Positions 51,724 to 64,000 of a stretch of DNA of 64,000 nt are shown here, one piece after another. The DNA is taken from NCBI RefSeq assembly GCF_036321535.1, contig NC_087472.1, positions 102,798,001 through 102,862,000 of the forward strand, read 5' to 3'. Numbering within the stretch: the first letter of the stretch is position 1; each line of letters starts with the position of its first letter. The stretch is from Camelus dromedarius. Lineage: Eukaryota. The notes beneath the pieces are model-generated. The model was not told the origin of the DNA, ran no database searches, and saw only the letters and a program-made list of their open reading frames with translations. A program made the position numbers and the translations under genes.

Positions 51724-52310
51724 TGTCTTGGGTTGAGTGCTCTTAGAAGCAGACACTGAGATGAAGTCAGGAGGACAAAGAGTTTATCATTTAGGAATAC
51801 CAGTGGGGAAAAAGGGAGGAAGCAGAACTGGGCAGAGGGAGCTGTCAGACCCTGATGCAAACCTGACAAGTGTTTGTGACCAGTGAAAGTGACCAAGTTT
51901 GCCCAGAAATTTCCCAGATTTAACACTGAAAGTCCTATATCCTGGGAAATTTTTCAGTCCCAGTAATCGGAACAGTTGGTCACCCTACACTAGCCCAATG
52001 GGAAGCTCAGGAGCAAAGACTGCCCAATGGAGGAGTCCTATCTTGGTGGAAATGACCAAGCCGGTGTATCACCACCTTGCTTGGTCATTGGTTGGGGCCA
52101 CCCAGAAACAGTCTGACCTCAGTTACTACCTGGTTCTGTCATTGGGCAGGAACTGCCCAAGAAGAGCATGACCATAGCTTGAAACTGAAGTGGACCCAGA
52201 GGAGCTGACAGCTGGAGGTGGTGAGCTAACCACAGTCCCCATAGTTGGACAATGAGTCTGTTCTTCAAGGGAGATCTGAGCAGAGTATCTCCATGTCTGG
52301 TACAACTCCC
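51724..52310 (-). mobile_element. ERVL-type LTR with a nested MER81-like hAT-Blackjack MITE (~51880-51987)
   Basis: Left end TGTCTTGGGTTGAGTGCTCTTAGAAGCAGACACTGAGATG; nested GTGACCAAGTTTGCCCAG...ACTGAAAGTCC...GTTGGTCACCCTA. Confidence 0.65.
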
Positions 52311-52689
52311 CATATAACACAGAGCATGGTGGGCTGCACACCTATTTTCTGTCTGCTTGTCTGAGAACCCACAAGAGGATGAGCCTCTGGTGGGCAAAGA
52401 CTGTGTCTTTTTCTATCTTCATATCAGCCGGTACTGTGATCTGCACACACTGTACAAACATTTGCTCAATTGTGCATGAGCTGCTACAGTATGGAATTTG
52501 ATATGAGTTGGGACCACACAAACATGAGGGTGTTCATTGCTGAAAGTGCTATGTTAACACTGGGTTCTGCCTCTGATACTCTTTTATATAATGGACTTCA
52601 GAGACAGAGGAACAGTTATTTCCACTTGTTTCCATGTTAATTAAACCTCCATTGAGTTACCACTCTTGGCTACACCCTGAATCCTCACT

Positions 52690-53270
52690 CACTTTCTGCC
52701 TCCCTCCAGGGAAGGGGGAGTGAGTTATTAAGTGGTGAGTTTAGGAAACAGAACCTGGCATGTGCACTGGGCTCAGCGAGGCCTGTGGCTTATCTAACTG
52801 TCCCTGACTAGGGGATGGCACATCTAATATAGGAGATCAGGGTGTCTGCAAGTTCATTACTGCTATGGACCTAAGTCCTAGTTGGACCAGGGTAGATACT
52901 CAGTCATCTAAACCAGTCAATAGACTGCCTGGCCAGCTACTAAAGAGTCTCTCTTTCTCGTAAATATTTAAACTAAAAAACTGAGAGGCTATAGTTAATA
53001 ATCACAGATGCTAGAAATGGAAGATTATGATGTCAAGGAAGATGAATAAGCAAAGTAGGTAGACAGAGAGAAAGAGATAAATGATGCAGACATAAAAGAA
53101 GAAGCTGAGATGATGCGGCCCTAAGTCATACAGAGGGTCCTTGGTTCCTGGCCCATGAACTACATTTGAATGTTCAAGAGGTCTCCTGTTACCGTCTTAC
53201 AATTCTCGCATTCCCTTTTCACTTGAGTTAGTTTGAGTGGCCTCCATTCTTTGTCAACAAAAGAACTTTA
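52690..53270 (+). mobile_element. Old MLT1-type MaLR LTR
   Basis: 3' end CCCTTTTCACTTGAGTTAGTTTGAGTGG...TGTCAACAAAAGAAC. Confidence 0.55.
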
Positions 53271-54789
53271 GAACAATTAAACACGATGGTCATGTAAGTT
53301 ATCAGATTTTACTTGCAGGATCATTTTGCATAGGTCTTCCCCCACTTGCTGCCCTCTGAAAGAATGAGCTGTCAACATTTGGTTGTACTTAAGAGAGACT
53401 AGTCTATGTCCTGTTTTTAAATTCTCCATCACTTCCCTGCCTCCCTCCTTTCTTCATGCCCAGTCCCAGAGTCTCCATCCATCTGAATCCTATCCTTCCA
53501 AATTCCAGCTTCTAAGTATTATTTTGAAGATTTGTTGACCAATCTAGGCCTCCATACTTTCCATTCCTTTTCCCAACCTGTCTAATTTTACTCTTCTCAT
53601 TTCGTGCTTACCATGCACTATCTTGAATTGTTTGCTAGCTTTCCATGGGCATGTCTTTTCTACCTAACTTTCTTATAAGTTCCTGAGGTCAGAAGCTTAC
53701 ATCTCTTCCCTTTTTTCCATATCACTTAAATGCTCCAGGTCCTCTGTTCTGCATATCACTTATTTCAAATAGAGGCTCAGCAAATACTTGCTAATTAATT
53801 GATTAATAACATGTGATTTGCAGATGTGTCTTTTATTTTCAACTTCTCACAAACAAGCAAGAGCAGATTCACTTTCACACACTTAGTAAGAATCATTCTT
53901 CCACAGACTGACAAATTCACTCCTCTGATACTATAGGGCTGAAGACAATTGCTTCCCACTTCTGAAAACTTGTGTGCTTCATTTTTCTCATGCAAACACT
54001 GCAAAGGTCAAAAACATTCTCTGCGCAAGATTAATGTGTCAAAGGGATTTTTGGCAAGTGGAAGTAGCTGGCGTCCAAACCCAGGGTTGGAAACCTTTGC
54101 CCAGAGAAAGGTATGTCTTTTATTCAAATATGGGCAGTTTGTTTATTTTTAAGGATACAGTATTTCAGCCCTTATTTGTCCATAATTACCTACTGAAGTC
54201 TGTAGCAATTGTTGAACAAGAAAATTTTAAAATCTCCATTACAATACTAATGCATACACTACCTGGAGAGGACTGAGAAAATGAAATTAACTAAAATGGT
54301 CTTGAGGGTAATTGACACACTGTCAACATTTAAATTAGAATCCTAATACCTCGTAAGATTTGACAAGACTATTAAACACTGGCTTTATTCTCCCCTGAGA
54401 ATAACGCCAAAAACTTTTCTGAAGAAATGTGAGGCAATTATTAACTGGTTTGTGAAATGACTATAATCCAGAGCAGTGGAGTCTTCTCTCCTTTGAGCTC
54501 TTACTCTGCAAGTGAAGAGCTTGCTGATTCTGGGTGCTCATCTAACCGTTATCTTTAAGTATGTAACAGATTAGTCATGCCTTTCTGTTCTTCTCTCTGG
54601 GCCAAATAACTACAATGTTCTTTTTCACTCCTTCTTAATATACTCCAGTTTCCTCTGGGCTCTACTGTGAACTTGGGAGCAGAGAGATCTAGTTCCTAAT
54701 GGTGATTCTACATACTAGCTTTATGATCTTAGATAAATCATGGACTCTTTGCACCTAAGTATTCTCACTCCTGGACAGGAGGTAATTCC

Positions 54790-55970
54790 TGCAACCTTCA
54801 ATGTAATAACTGATTCAGGCAAAAATGATAAAACCAGAGGGAGAGGCTTTAGGGGAACAAGATATTCACAGTCTCAAAGAGTCTCCCCACGGATTACTAT
54901 CTAATTACAAAGGGAAAATGTACCTTTATGTTGGGGAGATCCAGAGGTCACCCCTCTCTCTAATCAAGTGGTCAAACCCCACAGCGAACTTCATAAGGCC
55001 AAGCAGGCACAAGGTCTGGGGCCCATGATACCTTTAGAGGCTCAGGAAAATGTTTTAATTTCTTTTAAAATCAGAAGAAAAAAATGAATATAATGCATCT
55101 TGGATTATATTTATAATTGTGCCAATACAATTATAAAATATGATTTTTAGTATTTTTTATGGATAAGGGATCCCATGAAGGTAAAAGTGCAAAGGGCCCA
55201 GGAAATTTGTAAAGCAGCCCTGATCAAACTTAGCATCACCAGTAGCAGGACAATCTGCAATCATGTGCTTCCTGATGCAGAGCAACGGGAAGACATAACA
55301 TTGCCTAAGCAGTATTCTTGTTCCCAATTTTTCACTTGAATCTAACTAGGAGGAAACAATCAGACAAATCCAATTCTGGCACATTCTACAAGATAACTGG
55401 TTTGGATTCATCAAAACAGTCAACACTGTTTTTTCAGAAGAATGTAGGGGAGCTACTATTCTACCTTAAAAGAGATTAAACAAATATAACAAGTAGTCTT
55501 TTTCACAGTATTTACATATGTCAAAGCATTATGTTCTATACCCTAAACTTATATAATGTTATGTGTCAATTATACCTCAAAACAACTGGAAAAAAAAAGA
55601 AAGATATAACAAGTGAATGCAATGTATACACCTTGATTTGATCCTGGATTTAGGAAAAAGAAAAGCTACAAAAGATATTTTTGGGACCATGGGGGAAATT
55701 TGATTATGGGTTACATATTAGATGGTACTAAGGAATTATTGTTAAATTCACTAAGTATGCTAATGGCATTGGGTTATGTAGAAGAGTGTCCTTGTCCTTA
55801 GGAAATACACAGTGATATACTTAGGAGTGAAAGTTCAGGATGTTTGGACCTTACTTTCCAGAGTTCAGCAAAATAAAACAAAACACACACACACACATAC
55901 ACACTAGAAAGTGAGAACAAAGTCTAGGAAATGTTAATTGTGGAATGTGGGTGGGTATTATACAGGAGTT
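54790..55970 (+). mobile_element. Old L1M 3' region with a nested hAT MITE (~54979-55222) and a nested ~110-bp L1 3' end (55495-55603)
   Basis: MITE ends in GCCCTG with TSD GTCAAACC/ATCAAACT. The small L1 has an A-tail and TSD ATATAACAAGT (55484-55494, 55604-55614). Confidence 0.7.
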
Positions 55971-57204
55971 TATAAACAGGTTGGGGGGAAACATACACTA
56001 AAATACAGAATTTTAAAAAGATGAACTAACAGTAAAATAATTTTAAAATAATATGTTATATATTTTATTAACAGTATACCCTTTTGTCATTGGAAAACTT
56101 TATTATAACTATAGTGTGACTGCATGAGTCATATCTGATTAGCGCCTCTACCAAGAATGAGGGAATTGTCTTCTCTGTTATGTTCAGATTGGTCTCTTGA
56201 ACTCACAATTTTTATATCACCTACAGTCTGTGGGGGTTGGTTTTGCTCTGGTTTGTTTTGGCAGGAATATTTTTAAGCCACTTGTCCATTTGGGGAGGTT
56301 AATTATGCACAAGCATGCGTCAGTATGCAATGCCTCTCCATCTTCTGAAAGTGCAGGGAAGAGTAAGGTCACTGTTGATACCTGTACATGGTGGGACCCC
56401 TACTTCTGCTGCCTGAACTACGGACGACAAGGGATCGTCTGACGTGGACTCAGTGACAGGGAGAGCTTCAATTTGGATACTACATAGTATTAACTTTTAG
56501 TTCATCCTTCTTTTTAAATAAAAATCAATATAAGTAGACATGAACCCCACTTTGGGGTCCAGTGTCCCAGAACACACTTTCCAGAAAATTTAGCAAAGGT
56601 TTCAGGGGGCTTTCTAAGGATCTGCAACGAAGACCTGTCTCCGGAGGAAGCAAGCTTTAAACCCAGGGCAGAGGATCTAGATCCACCTTACGAAGTGTAA
56701 TCATGCCTTTTCTTTTTCTCAGTTTCTTCAGAGAGATTAAGATATAGATCATGGATCCACCCAGGACCACCCCTGAGGAAAGTCCTGAAGTCACCTTTTT
56801 GTGAATCAAAATTTCCCCTCCATGGTGTTCTCTTCCCATAGAAGCCCACTGCCTCCCTGAGATCAAACCCTTCTTTGAGGAGGGGAGTGCATATCAGCCA
56901 TTCTTTAGTATGGACTGAAGTCAATGAGATCACCTTCCTTATGAGAGTCCTACCTCTGATTATGGAAGAAAGGCTCTGTTTCCCAATAAAGGCATTTTTG
57001 TTTATTTCTCCAGCAGATGGAGGAGACATCTGGGGGGCAAGGGCTGCTGACAGTTAGACCTGTACATATTTACTTTCTTCAAAGGCTTACTTTACAACTA
57101 CCATGTGGGAATTTTTTTCTTGTAACAGATTGCAGAGGAATAAGACCATTCTATATCTGGGTTTCAGTTAGATTGAGTCTGTTAAGAACAACAACAATAA
57201 TAAT

Positions 57205-57400
57205 GCTAAAACTTACTGAGACTTTCTATGGATCAGGTAACTATGCTATGAGTCTTGTTTAAATTGTCACTTTTTATCCTCACAACAATTCTATGGGGCA
57301 GGTACTAATATTATTGCTCTTTTACAGATAATGGAACTGAGGCAAAGTAACTTTTCCCAGGCCATCAGTGCTAAGCATTGGAGACAAGATTTGAGCCCAG
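57205..57400 (-). mobile_element. MIR SINE
   Basis: ATCCTCACAACAATTCTATGGGGCAGGTACT...TTTACAGATAATGGAACTGAGGC. Confidence 0.75.
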
Positions 57401-57480
57401 GCAGGGGCTGTCCCCTAAGTCTACACTCCTAGGCCCTGCTGTTTCCTATCATGATGGTCCTGTGGTTGACCAGGCAATCT

Positions 57481-57668
57481 GATACCAAGAGGGAGACACC
57501 GTTACAAATGGAGATTTTCCTTATAAATGTAAACGTCTCTCATAGGAGGGTAACTGCTACTCAGTTTTTAGATCTTCGCCTCTGTCTGCTCTCTTAAAAA
57601 TAAGCAGCTTAAAATAATCCTTGGGCCAAAGAGGCACATTTTGAGGTGGCAAATTCTGCTCCCCTTCA
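57481..57668 (-). mobile_element. Partial MER34-like ERV1 LTR
   Basis: Reverse complement TGAAGGGGAGCAGAATTTGCCACCTCAAAATGTGCCTCTTTGG...GGATTATTTTAAGCTG aligns with the start of the LTR at 6142. Confidence 0.8.
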
Positions 57669-58619
57669 CTGGTATTGGAATTAAGGGAGAAAACCAAAGA
57701 AATGATCAGAATGTCTGCTCCCCACCTGCTGCAGCCATGTTGAAAGTAGTGTATTTCTGGGCAGACCCAAAATTCTTGTTCTCCCTTGAGTCTGTTATAC
57801 CTAATCTCCTGCCTTTTCACCCCTATATACACATCCTGAGGTTCTTCGTGGCCTGAGGCCTAGAGTGAAGTCTGGGCTCTTTCATATATTCAGAGGCCTC
57901 AGGGCCTAAAAAGGCCATCTGAGTGAGACCCTGGAGCAGAGGCAAAAAGGCACCAACCAGGGAAGGACTAAAAACCAAAGGCTGGAAGGAGGCTAGAGAA
58001 AGAGTCATTGATGCGGGGAGGGTTTCAGAAGTACAGGTACTGGTTCTGGGATATAAGGGATGTAGAAGCTGACGTATAAAATGGGAAGAGAAATGCAAGC
58101 AACTGGTGGACATCTGACGGTGCTTTGGCAGAAAGAGTTGAGCAACTATTGACCCCTGGGCCCAAAATGGGTTTCAGCAGGATGATCTAATTCCAAAGCT
58201 CAGCACTAATCTTGTAAGGGAGCCCGTCAGAAGGGGTATAAGCAAGATGAAATATTACAGTTGCCAGTGGGTATGTTTACAATGACAAAGGAAAGCAGTA
58301 ACCCAGGTAAATTTCAGTAGATGTGCAAACATCCTGGCACAAGTTGTTTGTAGGCCATTCCTCAAAAATGTTATGGAGGGAGGAACATATATTTATAACT
58401 TGTTAGACTTTTTCAGCTATTTATGAGCCAGAAAGTTTGAAGAACACTTATAAATCCCATCTGCAAATTGAAGTTAGACACAGTCTGCATTTACTCTACT
58501 GCATGGCATAGAAGATACACAGAGAATGGGGAAAAATCACAAAGACAGAAAAAAAAATCACCTATACTCTAGGGTGGAGGGTATAATAGACTCTGAGTCA
58601 TAAATTATCTATATAAATT

Positions 58620-59010
58620 GTCATTCACCTCCAGAAAGACCTTGAGACAAGGATTTAGGTGCATGTATTTTATTTGGGAGGGGCTCTCTGGAAGCACAGC
58701 GAGGGAGTGGGGAAGTGGGGCAGGGAGGGGATAGAAGGGGACCATGCAGGGCACCTGGAGCACAGGCCTGCTGCGGACCCCCTGAGAGACTGTGGTGAGC
58801 ACATTCTGGAACTTGCCACCAATGGGTGAAGAGGCTGGGGTTTTTACCCACCAACTCCCATCCCTCGTTGGTTGAAAACTGTCCTGTGGTGTTAATGGGG
58901 CACTCCAGCCTGCCCCAAACCTCCCCTTGGCCAGGATCACCCTCGGCCAGAGAAATACAGAAAGTCCAGGTCTGCAAGTGACCTCCAGGGTCCACCAACA
59001 GCATCCACTA
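58620..59010 (-). mobile_element. ERVL LTR (LTR33/LTR16-like)
   Basis: TGAGACAAGGATTTAGGTGCATGTATTTTATTTGGGAGG...GGGAGTGGGGAAGTG...CACCAACTCCC...TTGGTTGA. Confidence 0.7.
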
Positions 59011-60004
59011 TGTTCTTCTCCTGGTCCAGTCAATTTACCAAACATATATATAGAAAATGAGACAATTTCAGTTTTTAAACATATTTCAAATTATTGGGGA
59101 TAAAAATAGAAATTCTAAATTCCTAAATTATCTCAATAAAATGCATTATTTTTTTTTTTTCAAAATAAAAATCATGACAGCTCAAAAATACCACCATGGC
59201 ATATGAATCATTGTGTCTAATTATAACAATTTAACACCACCATATTTAAATAATCTTTTGTGAGAGGTTTTACACATGGGGAAATGGTGACCCAACTGTG
59301 TGGCTTATTGAGTCTCCTCGCCCGGGGGTTGATCCTGGCCATGTCAGGGAGGTAACGCCAGTGGTGAAGTAGCCCAGGACAGGGAGAGAGAGGGACTGGA
59401 TGAAGACTTGGAGCCACACTGTGTTCTACTCCCACTTCCACAATTAGCTATTTGTGTATAAGCATGCTGTCTCAGTTTCTTTTTATTTTTTTAATTTTTA
59501 TTTAACAAAAATTTCTTCACACTTCTTGTGTGCCTGGTACAGCTCCCAACACGTTTCAAGTGACTGTCCACTAGAACATCAACTGGTTGAAAGGGAGCCC
59601 TCTTGGCTCCCTTATAAACATAAACAACAATCATGTTAATGGTACACTCACTCTTTTGACTGGAAATTCTAACAGCTCATAAAGAAGTCAATGTATTTTT
59701 TCACCATTATAAAACACATTAGTTTACCATTATAAAAATTACAACACTCCTATGAAATATTAAAAGTAAATACACTTATTCCCTTTTTACAGATTAGAAA
59801 AGTGAGGCCTGTAGAGTAATTTGCTCAAAGTCACACAGTTGACAATTAGAAGACTCAGGGCTCAAACTCAGACATCTTATCAATCAAATTCAATGCTTTT
59901 GAATTTACCCTCACTATGAACAGTTCTTTATTAAATGTGAACCTCAAAAACATAATAAATGAAAGACAGAAAAAAAGAAAGAGAAAAAATAAAATGAAAG
60001 AAAG

Positions 60005-60180
60005 GAGAGCTATTGTTTGAGTATGGAGTTTCAGATTAGGAAGATGAAAAAATTCTGGAGATGGATGGTGGTGATAAGTGCACAACAACATGAATGTACT
60101 TAAGATCACTGAGCTGTGAACTTTAAAATGATTAAAATGGTAAATTTTATGTTATGTACATATTGCCACAATAAAATTAA
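60005..60180 (+). mobile_element. L1MB-like 3' terminal fragment
   Basis: GAGTTTCAG...TTCTGGAGATGGATGGTGGTGATAAGTGCACAAC...AAAATGGTAAATTTTATGTTATGT...CACAATAAAA. Confidence 0.85.
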
Positions 60181-60561
60181 GAAAGAAGGAAAGGAAGGAA
60201 GAAGGAGGGAGGGAGTTTGTAAGTTTGTCATCCTGAAACTTTGGGGGTATCTTCAGAACCAACTGGAAAAGTTTGCTTAGAGTCAGCAAAGACGTCCTCC
60301 AGGAAGGCAGTCTAGAGGCAGTTAGTTCATTTGAATGACTTTTTTCAGTTGAAAAATTTAATTAACAGCTCATTGTAGAAATTTAGACAGAGAATTCTTA
60401 GAAGAAGAAGAAATCATCCATAAACCTTACATGTGATGTTTTGATGTATTTCCTTCCTATATTTCTTTGTCTTTTATACAGAATCCAGAGCATACAATTT
60501 TGTATCTTTTTTGAGGATCTATAGCCTAAGAGCATCTGCCTCAGGATGCCTGTGACCCCTC

Positions 60562-60580
60562 TAACCAGCAGGGGGCGCTC
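60562..60580 (+). promoter_or_regulatory. CTCF-binding motif in GRPR intron 1
   Basis: TAACCAGCAGGGGGCGCTC closely matches the CTCF core CCASYAGRKGGCRS and retains its CpG. Confidence 0.7.
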
Positions 60581-61800
60581 TGCAGATGCCAGCTGGCTTC
60601 TCTGGGCACCATGTCCATTCAGCTCTAAGGAGCCCCTCTAGTCACTAGAGGGTAACAACCCTGCTTTCACAGATCCCTCCTGGGATTAGCTCCAGTGCAA
60701 TACATCCTGTCTAAATGAAATGAAACATCTTCACTCTTCAAAAACTAGCACTTTTAATAATCAAAAGCATGTCTTAAGCACCTACTTTTGCATGGCCCTG
60801 TACTAGGTACAGAAGAGGTCAAAAGCAGCATAAGCCCTGGACACTCAGTGACATCTTCTCTCATTCCATCCTGGAAATTAAAAAGGCTCATGCACCCTGC
60901 ATCACAGGACTATGAGTTTCTTAAGGGTTGAGTCCATGTCTTGTTCATTTTATGCCTATTCTATTTTTTGAATAAATATATAATGAAAACTAAAAATCTA
61001 GAACTGTGCACCCAATTTGTCTGGCCTGTAATGTCTTACTTTCAGACAAGGAAATGGGTTCATGATGCTCAAAATAACCTACATCCCTGCTGACATGCTT
61101 CTAGCCAAACCCTCCTCTTAAGTCCACTTGCCTGCCCCAAATCACTCTGGACACCAATCTTATTAGGCTTTTCCCAGGAGATCTCCTGTAACCCAAATAC
61201 TTCCTACTTCTCTAACCATTTCAAGCCCAGAAGAATCCCTGGGGGTACTGAGGAAATGATTCTCCCTGAGCACAATTCCTCTTTTTAACAATTTTTAAGT
61301 GACTTGCTTACATGAGCCTATCATGAAAAGAGCTTAGAGGAGGCAGCACCGTGCCTGATGGTGGAACATTAGAGAAGGTAGTGAGAAGCACATCATCTGT
61401 TTCTATCTTTACTTCCCCAACAGGAAGGCTCTGTCCCCATGCCCACCTCCCATGGGAGCTGGAATCCAGCTAAGCCTGGATTTAAAAGTTTCATTTTCTT
61501 CATTTAAACAACTGTTAGTGTCACAGAGGACCCAAGGCATGCTGGAAAAGACATGTGGCTTAAAGATGTTGGCTTGACTCAGTTTTTTGATGATCCCAAA
61601 GCTAATGTGCCTGATATGATGATGCCTCATACCAGAAAGCATCACACAGCCATATGACCTGTATTTTTATGATATCACCTAGGAAGTCTGTCCTGGCTAA
61701 CTGGACATGGGTCATGGATTCCCCTACGTCCCACTCTGTTTAAATAGGGAACTCTCTCTGCTAAATGACCACCTCAGCAAGTGTACACAGGCTTCTGTAT

Positions 61801-62132
61801 CAGGGACAGCAAACTAAGGCCCACTGGCCACACATGACCTTCTGCCTGTTTTCATATGGCCCACGAGCTAAGAGTGGTTTTGACATTTTAAATGGCTGGG
61901 GAAAAAAATCAAAAGATTTCATGACATGAAAATTACCATCATGAAATTCACATTTCAGTGTCCATATATAAGATTTTACTGTGATACAGCCATGACCATT
62001 CACTTACATCATGTCTATGACTACTCTTCTGCTATAATGGCAGAGCTGAGTGGTTGCAACAAGGACCGTACGGCCCACAAAGAGGAAAATGTTCACTATA
62101 CGGCCCTTTACAGAAAAGGTTTCCTGGCCCCT
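61801..62132 (+). mobile_element. MER58B-like hAT MITE
   Basis: CAGGGACAGCAAACT...GAGCTAAGAGTGGTTTTGACATTTTAAATGG...CCCTTTACAGAAAAGGTTTCCTGGCCCCTG. Confidence 0.8.
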
Positions 62133-64000
62133 GTCCTATGTGCACTGAATGTATGACCAGGGCTCCCATTTCTCTTGTTTTCTCCCTGTCCACACCGAAG
62201 CTGTTGGTTCCTTCTTTAGACAGAGGAAAGCCCGTCTTCCACTTCACATAGCACCGCCTGTTAGACTCACTAATTTGTGATAATGAAGAGAACAGGCCAC
62301 TAACCTCTGCTGCTGGTCTTCCAATATTAAACCCTCATGGCTCAGGATGCTAAGTCAACTTATCAGCACATTAAAATACTAATTTAGTATCTCAGGCTAT
62401 GCTTGGCGCTATGGATATAAAAGCCCCAGGCCACAAAGGATTTAAAATCTAGTTGAGGAAATGAGATATACTCAAGTAAAGCCCTTAAAGAACAAGAGAA
62501 TGATACTGACATATGTCTATTCCCCTTGGTGGAGCACTCAGAACAGATGAAGCGCTGTCATCATGGTACAGACACGTGAGTACATGTTTGATTAGAAACC
62601 TACTTTATATCTAACTACGGAATATAAAACTCAAGTCCCATTTCCTTAACTTGAAGAAGAGGAAACTAGTGCCCATACGGGACCCACAGCCAGTTAGCTG
62701 AGAACCAAGACTAGAACCTCTGTCTCTGAATCCAAGTCTATAGACTTCAGATTCACAGGCTTTTTTAAAGCACAAGTGAAACATGCTTGAAAATAAATAC
62801 TGACTACATTTATCTTCATCCTGTAGTATATGTATGTATTCCTGAAGCCTTCATTTTAACCTTCAATTTCACTTCTGTTGACAATCTAGGAAAGAAAAGA
62901 TCAAATTCTGTTTTTTCTGCTCTTCTGTGATGTTTCCAATCATTTAAAGTGGTAGGGGAAAAGAAAATGATGAAATTCTTAACAATCTGTCTTGATCACC
63001 ATTTATTTTAAAAGAAACATGCATTTCCCATATGTTCTCACAGAGAAACCACCGTAATTTTGTTTTTACATAATTTTATATTTTTTAAAATTGTGTTTAA
63101 AATAGTTCTCATAACAGAGGCCTGACCCTAGTATGAAACTGCCTGACAATAAAAAGCACCACCACCAAACAGAAAAAAGAAACCTTGAAAAGCTTTAAGT
63201 TGATCTTTAATTATTCTATTTATATGTAGACAACATAGAAATAAGTGAGTCACACGGACATATTATTGTCACAGTAAATTCTTCTCACATTGGAAATAAA
63301 TTCCTTTATTTGCTGCGTTTCGCATTTTCCCCCTATTTCTTTCCCATGTAACCTTTAGCCATCACCACTGGCCAACTGGTCTGAATACAAGACAAAAAAA
63401 GAAAAAGTAATAAAGAAGTGAAATTTAAAGAAGTGTACCTTAGCAACCTTTTTGGCCCTGCTGGTCCCATGAAATTTCAGCTGTTATCAATCACTGCGTA
63501 ACTAAATATTGGCTCTAGCTCCTGCTTATTGGGGCTAAGAGTCCTGGCCAAGTTGAAAGATCCCAGAGGCTTTGATGTACCTATGATACTTGGCAGTGTC
63601 CACTGCTGCAGGCCTCAGCTGAGATTCCTGACTTACTCACTTTAAGGTTAGCCAGAGCTCATTTCTCTGAATCTAAATTGCTGATTTAATTTGAGACTCT
63701 AAACGCTGATTCCCCACATCTGACTAGGTAGTTGGGTACTCCTCTCTAGAGGAACTGGTATGTGGATAGCTTCGGGGACAGCAGATCAGGTCTTTAAGAA
63801 GAGGTGGTACAGGATTCTCCACTTCTGATCATGACAACCTAGCCTGATGCTGACCTACTCTTCTGAAATGAAAAGGTAGACAATCTCTTCCAAAACATCA
63901 GAGAAATACCAAGGCAGTAAGGACTTGAGGGACCAAAATCCTAGGGAGAAGGGAAGCACAAAGAGATGAAGCTGTTATTCAGCATCACTTTCCCCCTTAC

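Larger units (their letters stand above)
51117..64000 (-). other. GRPR: GRPR intron 1, 3' portion (exon 1 outside the window)
   Basis: No GRPR N-terminal or TM1-3 coding sequence between 51117 and the window end. GRPR has a known 3-exon structure with a long first intron. Branch-point-like CTTAAC at 51145-51150 (minus). Confidence 0.9.

Overview
Mammalian genomic DNA, most likely camelid: four tRNA-derived SINEs resemble the camelid Vic-1 family, and no ruminant Bov-tA/BovB or primate Alu copy is evident. The only protein-coding gene I can support is GRPR (gastrin-releasing peptide receptor, BB2; X-linked in mammals) on the minus strand. Exon 2 is 50765-51116 and the coding part of exon 3 is 48813-49202. 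Exon 1 lies beyond the right edge, so 51117-64000 is intron 1. The rest is repeat-rich non-coding DNA: old L1M/L2/MIR fragments, ERV1/ERVL/MaLR solo LTRs, hAT and Tc1/mariner fossils, and microsatellites. Repeat family names come from recalled consensus sequences, not a database search. I found no clearly new biological system. The best leads are: (1) a MAGE-type 5' region at about 36.4-37.7 kb, in the syntenic position of human MAGEB17, with no MAGE coding exon behind it; (2) a well-formed distal poly(A) site implying a GRPR 3'UTR of about 6.4 kb; (3) a long AG-depleted zone with distal branch-point candidates before exon 3; (4) a palindromic MER91-like MITE beside the exon 2 branch point; (5) a tailless U6 retrocopy with a target-site duplication (TSD); (6) a tiny orphan 3' transduction nested in an L1; (7) a near-consensus CTCF site in intron 1.
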